A DNA stretch of 64,000 nucleotides from NCBI GenBank assembly GCA_040005235.1, contig JBDTZG010000017.1:33624-97623 (forward strand), given 5' to 3'. The notes below the pieces were generated by a model. It saw nothing but the letters and a program-made list of their open reading frames with translations. It had not been told where the DNA came from and ran no database searches. Positions 28,745 to 38,538 of the stretch are shown here, piece by piece (position 1 is the stretch's first letter; each line of letters begins with the position of its first letter). The position numbers were made by a program, and so were the translations under genes. Origin of the DNA: Acidobacteriota bacterium. Lineage in GTDB: Bacteria > Acidobacteriota > Thermoanaerobaculia > Multivoradales > UBA5704.

Positions 28745-30652
28745 ATGCGATTCACCCCTCAGAAGCTCCACGCTCTCCGCCCGTTTCCTCTCGTTCTAGC
28801 TCTCCTCCTCGCGGGGTGCTCCCCCACCCACCGTCCCGCCCCCACCGCTCCCAACCTCGTACTCATCTCGATCGACACGCTGCGCCCCGACCGGCTCGGC
28901 TGCTACGGCGGCCGGCAGGTCGAGACGCCGACGATCGATGCGTTCGCCGCCTCGGGCGTCCGGTTCGCCAATGCCTTCACCCCCGTGCCGCTCACCCTGC
29001 CGGCACATTGGACGATCCACACCGGAATCGATCCCTGGCATCACGGCATCGTCGACAACGGCATGACACCTACGGGCTCTCCGGGCCTCACGCTCGGGGA
29101 GCGGTTCGCCGCCGCCGGTTACGACACGGCGGCCTTCGTTTCCGCGTTCGTCCTTCATCGGACGTTCGGGCTCGACCGCGGTTTCACCCTCTACGACGAC
29201 GGTCCCTCGGCGGACGCCGCGCTCGATCAGCTGCTCCACGCCACCGGCCGCGCCGACGAACGGGTGGATCGGGCGCTCGCCTGGCTGCGCAAGCCGCGGA
29301 CTCGGCCCTTCTTCCTCTGGCTCCATCTCTACGATCCCCATGCGCCTTACGATCCGCCGGCTGATTTCCGGGCCCGCTACGCCGGCCGGCCCTACGACGG
29401 CGAGATCGCGTTCGTGGATACCCAGGTGGCGCGCCTCTCGGCCGCGCTCGAACGGTCGGGCGCGGCGAGCCATACGATCGTGGCGCTCCTTTCCGATCAC
29501 GGCGAAAGCTTGGGCGAGCACGGAGAGCAGAGCCACGGCATCTTGCTCTACGACGCGACGCTCCGCGTGCCGATGATCTTCCGCCTGCCGGGGCGCCTCC
29601 CGAAGGGGGAGGTGCGGAGCGACGAGGCCTCGCTCGCGGACGTCGCCCCCACCGTGCTTGCGCTCGCCGGCCTGGAGCCCCTTGCCGGGATCGACGGGCG
29701 CGATCTCTTCGGCGGCGAAAAGAGCGCCCGTCGCCTGGCGGCGATCTCCGAAGCACCCCTGCGGCGGTTCGGCTGGTCGCCCCTGTTCGCGATTCGCGGC
29801 GCGGGGTGGAAGTACATCGCGGCGCCGCGTCCCGAGCTTTATGACCTCACCGCCGACCCGTCCGAACGCCGGGACCAAAGCGGCCAACGGAGTGCCTTGG
29901 CGACCGACCTCGCGCGCGGCGCGCGGGGAATCGAAAAAGAGCTGAATGCGCGCCTCGCGGTCCCTCCGGCGTCCGAGCCGGATGCCGAGACCCGGGCGAA
30001 CCTCGCGGCGCTCGGCTATATGGGTAGCGGCCGGAAGCCTGCCGGATCGACGCTCCCCGATCCGAAAGACGTCATCGGCTCGATCGCCGATTTCGACCGG
30101 GCCTACCAGCTGTTCGGCGACGGGCACCTCGACCAAGCGGAGGCGCTCTTCCGTTCGCTCGCCGCCAACTCGCCGCTCGGTCCGGGCTTCGCGCTGCCGG
30201 CGCTCGGACGGATCGCCCAGATGAGGGGCCGCAACCAGGAGGCCGAAGCGCTCTTCCAGAGCGAGCTCGACCACGATCCCGAGGCGGTTTCGGCCCTCGC
30301 TCAATTGGCGCGGCTGGCTCTCCTGCGCAACGATCCGCAGACCGCCATTCTCCGCAGCCGCCGGCTGGTCGAGCTGATTCCGCGCGACTCGGCCGCAAGC
30401 CGGCTGCTCGCCGAAGCGCTGCTCGCCGCGGGCGACGCGAAAGGAGCGGAGGCCGAGTGGCGGCGCGGCCTTTCCGTCGCCCCGCGCGCGGGCTGGCTCC
30501 GGCTCGGCTACGCGCGCTTTCTGATCGCAGAACGCCGCGCCGACGAGGCGCGACGCGAGCTGAAGGTCATCGCCGAAGACCCGGACCTGCCGGCCGATCT
30601 GGTAGCCGCGGCGGAGGCGGAAGCGGAGCGGCTGCGCTCTCCTCGGAATTGA
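28745..30652 (+). CDS. Sulfatase-like (alkaline phosphatase superfamily) lipoprotein with C-terminal TPRs
   Basis: Lipobox LAGC. LISIDTLRPD, TLPAH, HLYDPHAPY, SDHGESLGEH and ELYDL motifs. Confidence 0.87.
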   Translation: MRFTPQKLHALRPFPLVLALLLAGCSPTHRPAPTAPNLVLISIDTLRPDRLGCYGGRQVETPTIDAFAASGVRFANAFTPVPLTLPAHWTIHTGIDPWHHGIVDNGMTPTGSPGLTLGERFAAAGYDTAAFVSAFVLHRTFGLDRGFTLYDDGPSADAALDQLLHATGRADERVDRALAWLRKPRTRPFFLWLHLYDPHAPYDPPADFRARYAGRPYDGEIAFVDTQVARLSAALERSGAASHTIVALLSDHGESLGEHGEQSHGILLYDATLRVPMIFRLPGRLPKGEVRSDEASLADVAPTVLALAGLEPLAGIDGRDLFGGEKSARRLAAISEAPLRRFGWSPLFAIRGAGWKYIAAPRPELYDLTADPSERRDQSGQRSALATDLARGARGIEKELNARLAVPPASEPDAETRANLAALGYMGSGRKPAGSTLPDPKDVIGSIADFDRAYQLFGDGHLDQAEALFRSLAANSPLGPGFALPALGRIAQMRGRNQEAEALFQSELDHDPEAVSALAQLARLALLRNDPQTAILRSRRLVELIPRDSAASRLLAEALLAAGDAKGAEAEWRRGLSVAPRAGWLRLGYARFLIAERRADEARRELKVIAEDPDLPADLVAAAEAEAERLRSPRN

Positions 30653-31916
30653 GCCGGGCGAGCAGCCGGGCCGCTTCCGCCGAACCGGGCCGGGCGGCGA
30701 GGGCGGCTTCGAGATGGCGGCGCGCCAAGCTCCGCTCGCCGTTCTCCAGCTCGGCCCAGCCGAGCAGCCAGAGCGCTTCGGACTGCCCTGGCCGCAGCTT
30801 GAGCGCCGCCCGCAGGGTAGGGAGCGCCGCGGCGCCGTGCCCCGCCACCAGATCGGAGGCGCCCTGGCGCAGCAAACGCTCGAAATCGCGCGCGGCAAAA
30901 GCTGCAGGCAAACGGAGCGCGGACCCGGCAACCAGCAGGGCAAGGAACAGCGCCGCGCCCTTGGCGGGGACGAGCGCGGCGGTGCGCGATCGAGGCTCCT
31001 TCCTCCGCCGCGCGGCGACGAACAGGGCGATTCCCGCCAGCGGCAGAACGGTCCATAAAAGACCGGCTTCTCCGGCCAAGATCAGCTGGGCCGCCGCCGT
31101 GCCGAGCAGGATCGCCACCGCGAACGCCGGGCGCAAGCGCAACGCTTCGGCCTTCAAGATCGGCCAGGGGCTCGCTTCGACGGTGACCGCGGCGAGGCCC
31201 GCGACCAAAGCCGGCAAGCCGACATGGACGAGGTCGAACCCGGAGAGCGGCACTGAATCGGAAAGCGGCGCCGTGAACGCGTGGCCGGCGAGATGGAGCG
31301 GAAACAGGAGCAGCCCGCCGAGCCGAAATCCCAGCGGAGCGCGGCGGCGCCAGAGCTCGAACGGCAGGAGGAAATCGATCGCCACGAACCCCCAGTCGAG
31401 GAGAGCGATGCCGGGAAACGGGATCGGACCATCCGGCGGATGGGCGAGGTTCCAGGACCACCAGCCGCCGACCACCGCTGCGCTTTCAACCGCCAAGCAG
31501 GTTGCGACGAGGACCAGGCCCGCGACGAGCGCGGTGCGGTAGGCGTCGGTCGGCTGGGCGAACCGGCGCAGCAGCCGGTCGGCGAAATAGCCGGAAAGGG
31601 CGACCGCCGCGGTCCAGCCGATCAGTTCCTGGAGAGGCACTCCGGCGACCGAGACGAGCGGCGAGCCGAGCCGGTAGGGCACGCCCGCGAGGTGCGCCTC
31701 GGAGAGGGCGCGAATCGACAGCGAACGGATCAAACCGTAGGCGACCGAGGCAGCCGCGAAGGCGACCGCGGCGCGCCCGCCGAGGTTCGCGCGCCGGTGG
31801 TCGAGCACCAGCAACAGCACCGCCGCCGAGAGCGCTGCGAGCGCCGACGGCGGGAGGGCCACCGGCGCGGCGGCAATCCATGCGACCGCCGCAGTCGCCG
31901 CGGTCGCCGCCGGCAC
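30567..31916 (-). CDS. Multi-pass membrane protein (CruF/DUF422-like) with C-terminal TPR
   Basis: Hydrophobic helices, GVPLQELIGW, GWWSW and a TPR-like tail. Family assignment is tentative. Confidence 0.55.
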   Translation of the reverse strand: MPAATAATAAVAWIAAAPVALPPSALAALSAAVLLLVLDHRRANLGGRAAVAFAAASVAYGLIRSLSIRALSEAHLAGVPYRLGSPLVSVAGVPLQELIGWTAAVALSGYFADRLLRRFAQPTDAYRTALVAGLVLVATCLAVESAAVVGGWWSWNLAHPPDGPIPFPGIALLDWGFVAIDFLLPFELWRRRAPLGFRLGGLLLFPLHLAGHAFTAPLSDSVPLSGFDLVHVGLPALVAGLAAVTVEASPWPILKAEALRLRPAFAVAILLGTAAAQLILAGEAGLLWTVLPLAGIALFVAARRRKEPRSRTAALVPAKGAALFLALLVAGSALRLPAAFAARDFERLLRQGASDLVAGHGAAALPTLRAALKLRPGQSEALWLLGWAELENGERSLARRHLEAALAARPGSAEAARLLARLNSEESAAAPLPPPPRLPDRPAGPGLRR

Positions 31917-31921
31917 GTCGG

Positions 31922-33643
31922 TTATCCCTCGGGAACCACGATCTGCAGGCCGGACGCCGCGATCAGGCGGTTCTGGATCTGCTCGATGCCGGCCGCCTCC
32001 TTATCCTTCGCGAGAGCGGTGCGAATCGAATCGCGAACCGCCGGCAGAGGGAGCGTCCCTAGCGCGCGCAGCCGGAGGAAGGCGACGCCGCGCCCATCGA
32101 GGACGCAGCTCTTCGGAACCAGCACGGTCTGAGGTCCGTCGAGGTAGATCGCCGAGGTGATCTCTCCCGCCGAGAGGCTCAACAGCGCCTTGCGCAGGCG
32201 GAGCGAGGTCTGCCCAAGCGCCGTGAGATCGACCCCGTGCGTCGCGCGGCAGAGGCGGGCTCCGGCGCGCGCGGGCGCCCGAAGGATGTCGTCGAAGGAG
32301 ACGCCATCGCGCAGTTTGTCGCCGACTTCCTCGCCCGCCGCGTAGACGTCGGCGACGCTCTCCCCGGTCTGCGGGAAGAACAGCGCGTCGATCTCGAAAT
32401 CGCGCAGGGCGAGGAGACTTTCGGCATGATCGCGGTAATAGCGGGCGATCTCCTCTTGGGTCGAGCCGGTGTCGAGCCCGGCGATCAACGCCTGGCGATA
32501 GGAATTGATCACCGCCAGGCGACGCGCATCGGCCACGTCAGCGGTCAGCTCGGCGGATATCGGCTCCGCCCGGCGCGCCGCGGCGAGCAAGCGGTTCTCG
32601 ACCAGCGTCCGCAACTCTCCCGCGAGCGGCTGGGGGGTGGGAGTCACCCAGCCGGCGACGGCGAGCAATTCGGAACCGCGCACCTCTCCCCCCCGCCAAT
32701 GCGCCATCACCTGGGAGCCCCCGCCGCCGGGCGACGCGGCAAGGCGCGCGACCTCCTCCGGCGCGGCGAATTCAGCGCCCTGGGCGTCCACCTCTTGCTG
32801 GCGACGGGCGCGTTCCGCGGCGCGTTTCGCCTCGTCGTCCAGCGATTGGCGGACGTTGCGCCGGACCGCGTCCATGTCGAGCGGCGTACCGGGCCGGATC
32901 CCGTCGAGCCGGAACAGGTGAAATCCGTCGGGGGCGGAGACGACCTGGCTCACCTCCCCTTCCTTGAGCGTGAAAATCGCCTCGGCCGCGAGTTTGTTGA
33001 GCGAACGGCGCAAGGTCCAATCGATCCGGCCGCCGCCGCGCGCGGTGACCGAATCCGACCACTTCTCCGCCAGCTTGTTGAAGCCGGTGCCGGCGTCCAT
33101 CTCTTGGCGGATCTTCGCCATCCGGTCGGCCGCGGCCTTCCGGGCCGCCGCATCGGATTCCGGCGCGCGCAAGAAGATGTGGCTGAACTTCCGCGCCTCT
33201 TCCGGATGCGACGCCGCGACCCGCCGATCGATTTCCGCGGCCACCTGAGCGTCGGAGGCCTTGGCCCCCGCCATCGCCCGGGCGAGCAGCTCTTCGGCCA
33301 GGGTCCGTTCTTCGGCCACCACCTGTCGGCTCTCGACCTCCGTCCGCTTGCCGAAGCCCTTCGCCTCGGCCTCTTCGAACAGCATCGCGGTCCGGACGCG
33401 CCGCTCGACGATCTGGCGGACGATCGCCTTGCGGACCTCCGGCGCGAGCGGCTTGGGCGCCGCGGCGAATCGCCGATCGAGCGCGTCCTGGATCGTGCCG
33501 CGACGGATCTCCCCGCCCTTGAAGCGGGCGATCACGACGTTCGGATCGGGGCGCGCCGCGGCGACGGGCGCCGAGCTGTCGCGGCATCCGGCGGCCCCGA
33601 GGGAAGCGAGCAATGCGCCCGCAAGAAGATGCTGGAATTTCAT
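31922..33643 (-). CDS. PpiC/parvulin-type peptidyl-prolyl isomerase lipoprotein
   Basis: Lipobox AAGC. FSHIFLR, FNKLAEKWSDS..ARGGG and GEVSQVV..DGFHLF motifs. Confidence 0.8.
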   Translation of the reverse strand: MKFQHLLAGALLASLGAAGCRDSSAPVAAARPDPNVVIARFKGGEIRRGTIQDALDRRFAAAPKPLAPEVRKAIVRQIVERRVRTAMLFEEAEAKGFGKRTEVESRQVVAEERTLAEELLARAMAGAKASDAQVAAEIDRRVAASHPEEARKFSHIFLRAPESDAAARKAAADRMAKIRQEMDAGTGFNKLAEKWSDSVTARGGGRIDWTLRRSLNKLAAEAIFTLKEGEVSQVVSAPDGFHLFRLDGIRPGTPLDMDAVRRNVRQSLDDEAKRAAERARRQQEVDAQGAEFAAPEEVARLAASPGGGGSQVMAHWRGGEVRGSELLAVAGWVTPTPQPLAGELRTLVENRLLAAARRAEPISAELTADVADARRLAVINSYRQALIAGLDTGSTQEEIARYYRDHAESLLALRDFEIDALFFPQTGESVADVYAAGEEVGDKLRDGVSFDDILRAPARAGARLCRATHGVDLTALGQTSLRLRKALLSLSAGEITSAIYLDGPQTVLVPKSCVLDGRGVAFLRLRALGTLPLPAVRDSIRTALAKDKEAAGIEQIQNRLIAASGLQIVVPEG

Positions 33644-33713
33644 TCGGAAGATTCTCCTGGCCGTCCCCGATCGAGAGGCGCGATCATACCGAAACCGACT
33701 TCAGAAACCGACC

Positions 33714-35465
33714 TCACCCAAGGATTCGCCGCCAGTCGGCCGCGGAGAGCCGTACGACGCCACGGGCGGCGATCCGCCGCCGGGCCTCTTTAAGAACCGG
33801 CAGGAACTCGGGCTTCCGCCCCGCCCGGACCAGCGCCTCGGCTTCGCCGAGCAGCCGGCCGGCCGCATTCGAATCGCCGTTTTCCGCGCTCGCCGCCGCG
33901 AGGGCGAAGAGCGCCGCGGGGTCCTGAAAGCTGGTGGCTCGGGCGGCCTGCCGGGCCAACTGCAGAGCCAGCTCTCCGTCGCGCAGATCGGATCTCGGGC
34001 TGGTGGCGCGCACCACCGCTTCCAAATAGGTGAGGAACAACGCGCCCGGCAGGCGCTCGCGGCCTGCGCGCAGCACGCGGAGCGCCGCCGTCTCGTCGCC
34101 CCGGAAGAGATGGGCGCGCGCCAGGGCGGCGACGGGAGCCCAGGCATCCGGCGAGGCGCGTACCGCGGCGGTAGAAAAAGTCACGTCGTCTCGCCAGAGG
34201 GAGACCTGCGCCCGGGCGACCCCGCCGAGCGCCACGACGGTGGCAAAAACAAGCACCGAGATCGCCGCAAAGCCGCGCCACGAAAGGCGCCGCGCCCACG
34301 CCGCCAGACCCGCGCCGAACAGCAGGGCGAGCGGCAGGCCGGCGAGGTAGGAATAGCGATGCGCCGCAAGCTGCGGCCCAGCTTGAAATAGACCGGAGAC
34401 CGGCAGAACGAAAGCGGCATAGACCGCGAGGGCGAGCCCTAGGGCCGGCAGGCGCCGCCGCAGGGCGACGGCAACGGCGACTAGGGCGAGAAAGGCGAAC
34501 CCGCGAACCGCCAGACCGGGGTCGGTATGAATCGTCAGCGGATGGGTGGCCGGCAGCTGGAACGGGATCGCCCACGGCAGGAAAGTCTTCTCCAGATAGA
34601 ACCAGAGTCCGAATCCGGCGGAGAGCGTTCGATGCTCGAAACCGGCGTCGCTCCGACCGGCCATCACCGGAGCGATCGCCCAGAACGTCACCCCGGCAAA
34701 GATCGCGGCGAGGAGGACGAACGGCACCTTCTCCCGCCAGACGGCTCGCGAACCGCCCTTAAGCCATTCGCGCGGATGAGGGTCCAGGCGGCGGAGCGGA
34801 CCCAGGTCGAGCGCCACGAGCGCCACCGGCAGCGCTATCGCCAGGCCTTTCGATAGGAGCGCCGCGAGGAAGGCGAGCAACGCCACGGCGAACGCGATAC
34901 CCCGGCGCCGCCCGGTCGTTCCGGCGGCCGTGACGTAGGCGTGGCAGGCGAAGAGGACGAACAACCCGCAAAGGAGGTCGCGGCGCTCGGTGATCCAGGC
35001 CACCGACTCGACCCGCAGCGGATGGAGCGCAAACAGCGCCGCGGCGCCGAAGGCCGCAAGATCGGCCACCACTGCCGAAGGCGCCCGAAGGAGCGAGGAG
35101 GCAAACGAAACCACGACCCCCGGCTCGGAACGCGCGAGGAGGCGCCGGGCGAGGAAGAAAAACAGCAGGGCGTTCGCCAGATGGAGAAGGACGTTGGTCC
35201 GATGGTAGCCGCGCGGATCCATCCCCGACAGCTCGTAATCGATCGCCAGGGTCAGCCAGGAGAGCGGAATGTAATGTCCGGCGAGTCGGGTGGTCGCCAT
35301 CCACCGCAGGTTTTCGGGCGCCAAGCCCCGATAGTGGGGGTTGGTGGTGAAGTTCAGCTCGTCGTCGAGAGGAGCCCACCCCTGTTCGAGCGTCGGGAGG
35401 AACAACGCGACCACAAGCGCGGCCAAGACAGCAGCAGCGAGAGCCGTCGGCCACCGGGCGTTCAC
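33714..35465 (-). CDS. TMTC-like GT-C membrane glycosyltransferase with TPR
   Basis: LDDELNF, HYIPLSWLT, YHRTNVLLH, HPLRVESVAWITERRD and HRYSYL motifs. GTG start overlaps the upstream stop. Confidence 0.75.
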   Translation of the reverse strand: MNARWPTALAAAVLAALVVALFLPTLEQGWAPLDDELNFTTNPHYRGLAPENLRWMATTRLAGHYIPLSWLTLAIDYELSGMDPRGYHRTNVLLHLANALLFFFLARRLLARSEPGVVVSFASSLLRAPSAVVADLAAFGAAALFALHPLRVESVAWITERRDLLCGLFVLFACHAYVTAAGTTGRRRGIAFAVALLAFLAALLSKGLAIALPVALVALDLGPLRRLDPHPREWLKGGSRAVWREKVPFVLLAAIFAGVTFWAIAPVMAGRSDAGFEHRTLSAGFGLWFYLEKTFLPWAIPFQLPATHPLTIHTDPGLAVRGFAFLALVAVAVALRRRLPALGLALAVYAAFVLPVSGLFQAGPQLAAHRYSYLAGLPLALLFGAGLAAWARRLSWRGFAAISVLVFATVVALGGVARAQVSLWRDDVTFSTAAVRASPDAWAPVAALARAHLFRGDETAALRVLRAGRERLPGALFLTYLEAVVRATSPRSDLRDGELALQLARQAARATSFQDPAALFALAAASAENGDSNAAGRLLGEAEALVRAGRKPEFLPVLKEARRRIAARGVVRLSAADWRRILG

Positions 35466-36574
35466 GGCACCAGCCCCTCCCGGCGGAGGAAGTCGACGAT
35501 TCCCCCCGCCGCGATCCGATGTTCGAGCGGCCCCCAATGCCCCACCTTCTCAAATTCGGCTCCGAGCCGGGCCTGCTCCAAAAACAATGGACGAAGGCGA
35601 AGGCAGGGGGTCCGGTCGCGTTGCGCCAGGTCCATCACGAACCGCTCGCCCGGCAGCGGCTCCGCGGAGGTGGCGCCAAGCTCTCCCCAGGCGGGGAGCA
35701 GCGCCACCGCGGGGCGCGCGCCGGCAGCCGCGGCCTCGCGAAACATCTCCGACAGGAGCGCGTCGGTCAGTTGATCGAGCTCGGCCGCCTTGCCGCCCCA
35801 CTTCCAGGCGATCCGCGAGGCAGCCATCGACAGCAGGTCGCCGAACCGCAAGCGCCAGCGCTCGCGGGCGATCAACTCGTCCGGGGAGGGAACAGGGGTC
35901 CCTTCGATCACCAGCTTGCCGTCGCGCAGGCGGAACCGGGGCTTGGCGAAATCGCGGAACCGGGTGAGGTTGCGCAGCGAGTCGTCGGTGACGTAACCGA
36001 CCAGCACCACGTCCGGCCGATAGATCGGCAGCGTTTCGCGAAGGTAGAGGAGCATCTGGTCGTGGCCGTAACCGTGGACGCCGAAGTTCATCACTTCGAC
36101 CCCGGGCAGCAGCCGCTCCATCTGCTGGGCGAAGGTCTCATCGTCGCTCACGTCCTCGCCGAAGGTGAACGAATCGCCGAACAGGGCGATCCGGGTCACC
36201 CCGGCGGGCTTCGGCACCGCGTACTCCCGCGCGCCGCGCAGGCCGCGCGAGTTGGAGGTCAACCGCTTGCCGTCGAACACTTCGAGCTGGTGCAGATTCG
36301 GTGCGAGCGTCCAGCCGCGCACGGAATCGAAGCGATCGAACGAGAATCGGTAGGGGGCCTCCCCTTCCTGGTGGCGCCGCAGCCAGCGCAGCCGCCACGA
36401 AGGCTCGTCGTAGGGCGAGCTGATCCGCCGGAGAAACGCATCGGAGCTCAACGCCAGCCGTGCCCCGCCTTCGAGGGCCAGCGCGAGCAGCGCCGCATAG
36501 GCGGCGGCGCGCACCCACCGCCGCAACCCCCGCAACGGGGGCCGGGGCAGGGACGAAGAAGGCGAAGGGGACAA
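35462..36574 (-). CDS. Membrane-anchored SGNH/GDSL hydrolase
   Basis: NSRGLRG, LFGDSFTFG, NFGVHGYG and GHW motifs. Confidence 0.82.
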   Translation of the reverse strand: MSPSPSSSLPRPPLRGLRRWVRAAAYAALLALALEGGARLALSSDAFLRRISSPYDEPSWRLRWLRRHQEGEAPYRFSFDRFDSVRGWTLAPNLHQLEVFDGKRLTSNSRGLRGAREYAVPKPAGVTRIALFGDSFTFGEDVSDDETFAQQMERLLPGVEVMNFGVHGYGHDQMLLYLRETLPIYRPDVVLVGYVTDDSLRNLTRFRDFAKPRFRLRDGKLVIEGTPVPSPDELIARERWRLRFGDLLSMAASRIAWKWGGKAAELDQLTDALLSEMFREAAAAGARPAVALLPAWGELGATSAEPLPGERFVMDLAQRDRTPCLRLRPLFLEQARLGAEFEKVGHWGPLEHRIAAGGIVDFLRREGLVP

Positions 36575-36594
36575 AGCGCGGATATTCTAGGCGC

Positions 36595-38538
36595 GTGATC
36601 GCTCGCGCAGGTAAATTTTCCGGCCGCTGGATTTTCCCGGCACTCGCCGCGCTCGTCCTCGCCTGCGCGGCGGGATTCGCCGGGCGCGGTGCCGCGACCG
36701 ACAGCGTCACGGTCGACGAGCCGAGCCATCTGATCGCGGGGTACGCCGCGCTTGCGCTCGGCGACTTTCGCCTGAGCCCCGACCATCCTCCCCTCGGGCG
36801 GCTGCTGCTCGCCCTGCCACTGCTTGCCCAGCCGGTCGTCTGGAGGGCCGAGGGGAGCGCCGCCTGGCAGGGCGGTGACTTCTTCACCCTCGGCCGCGAT
36901 TTCTTCGAGAGCTGGAACGACGGCCAGCACCTGGTGCTGGCGAGCCGGGCGGTGGCGATCGGCTTCCTGCTCGCGCTGTTGCTCACGATCGGCGCGGTCG
37001 CCCGCGCTCTGTTCGGCCCGGTGGGCGGCCTGCTCGCGATGGGTGTCGCGGCATTCGATCCGGCGCTGCTCGCCCACGGGCATCTAGCGACCCTCGACGT
37101 GCCTTTTGCGCTCTGCGCGCTGCTCACTCTCTTTGCGGCTCACCGCTGGCTCGCCGAACCTTCCGGAAGGCGGCTCGCGCACCTCGCCGCCGCGTTTTCC
37201 GCCTCGACGCTGATCAAATTCTCCTGGTTCGCCCTGGTCCCCGCGTTGATGGTCCTGGCGCTTGCGGCCCGCCGCGGCGCGGGGTGGAAGGCGGTCGCCA
37301 AAACGATCGCCGTGGCGACGGCGACCCTCGCGCTCACCGCCCTGGTTTCGATCTGGGCCGTCTACGGCTTCCGCTTCGCCGCGGCGCGCGGAGGCGACAG
37401 CGCGGCCAGCCCTGCAAACGCGACGATGCACGTGATCGGCGACTTCGGCCGGCCGCTCCCCACGACCCCAGAGTCGGCCTGGGAGAGCATTCTTCACGAT
37501 CCGGCGACCGGCGCCGACCGCCCCGACCTCACGGTCCCGCTGCTGCGCGCCGCCCACTCGATCCATCTCCTCCCCGAGGCTTACCTCTACGGGATCGCGT
37601 ACGTCCAGAAGAAAGCGGTGGGGCGCGCGTCCTACCTGCGCGGGAGCTATTCGACCACCGGCTTTCCCGGTTATTTCCTCTGGGCGTTCGCGGTGAAGAC
37701 TCCTCTGCCCACGATGCTGTTGATCGCGGGGGCTCTCGCCGTCGGTGCCGCCAGGACGTTGCGGGCAAAGCGGATCTCGCCGCTCGCGATCGGCCTTCTG
37801 ACGTTCGTGCTCGTCTACCTCGCGGCGCTCTCGACCAGCGGGCTCAACCTCGGCTACCGCCACCTGTTGCCGGCCACCGCGATCCTCACCCTAGCAATCG
37901 GTGGCCTCGCCCCGGCGCGCTTCCCCAAAAAGGTTCGCTCACCCCTGGCACTTGGCATCGGAGCCGCCCTCGCCTGGCTTGCGATCGGCACTTGGATCGC
38001 CTCGCCCCTACTGCTCGGCTATTTCAACGAGGCGGTCGGCGGCTGGCGCAATGGGCATAAATATCTCGCCGACAGCAATCTCGATTGGGGCCAAGACCTG
38101 CTCCGCCTTCGAGACCGTCTGCACGGAGCCCCCGGCGACCGGCCCGTCTGGCTCGCGCAGGCCGGTGACCCTCCGCTTCCAGCTGGAACGCCGGTCCGCT
38201 GGCTGCTCGGTGTGGGGAGCCACGAGCCCTCGACCGGATCCATCGCCGGAGGGGTCTACGTGATCAGCGCCACCGATCTTCTCGGCGTCTATCGGCCGCT
38301 CGCCCGCGTGGCCTCGTGGCGCGATCCCCGGCTCGCTCAACAATACGAGGCGCTCGCCGCGGAAAGCGACGCAGGGGGGAGTACAACGACCTCCGAACCG
38401 GTCGATTCCTTCGAGGTACTCCGCCGCCTGCGATTGATTTCACGCCTGGCGCAGCGCGAGCCCGAGGAGCGAATCGGTACCTCTCTCTTCGTGTATCACT
38501 TGAGCGACGATCAGGTCGCGGAAGCGACCGAGCCTTGA
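36595..38538 (+). CDS. GT39/ArnT-like (GT-C) membrane glycosyltransferase
   Basis: TVDEPSHLIAG, DHPPL, AHGHLATLD, LNLGYRHLLP and LADSNLDWGQDL motifs. Confidence 0.8.
   Translation: MIARAGKFSGRWIFPALAALVLACAAGFAGRGAATDSVTVDEPSHLIAGYAALALGDFRLSPDHPPLGRLLLALPLLAQPVVWRAEGSAAWQGGDFFTLGRDFFESWNDGQHLVLASRAVAIGFLLALLLTIGAVARALFGPVGGLLAMGVAAFDPALLAHGHLATLDVPFALCALLTLFAAHRWLAEPSGRRLAHLAAAFSASTLIKFSWFALVPALMVLALAARRGAGWKAVAKTIAVATATLALTALVSIWAVYGFRFAAARGGDSAASPANATMHVIGDFGRPLPTTPESAWESILHDPATGADRPDLTVPLLRAAHSIHLLPEAYLYGIAYVQKKAVGRASYLRGSYSTTGFPGYFLWAFAVKTPLPTMLLIAGALAVGAARTLRAKRISPLAIGLLTFVLVYLAALSTSGLNLGYRHLLPATAILTLAIGGLAPARFPKKVRSPLALGIGAALAWLAIGTWIASPLLLGYFNEAVGGWRNGHKYLADSNLDWGQDLLRLRDRLHGAPGDRPVWLAQAGDPPLPAGTPVRWLLGVGSHEPSTGSIAGGVYVISATDLLGVYRPLARVASWRDPRLAQQYEALAAESDAGGSTTTSEPVDSFEVLRRLRLISRLAQREPEERIGTSLFVYHLSDDQVAEATEP

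Noticed and set aside
30567-30652. Convergent 3' overlaps (also 40246-40292)
   Set aside because: Short tail overlaps are common in GC-rich genomes, and there is no sign of function.
33700-33730. Further TCAGAA matches (33701, 14584) as extra ECF promoters
   Set aside because: They lack the CGAA element at the 12-nt spacing.
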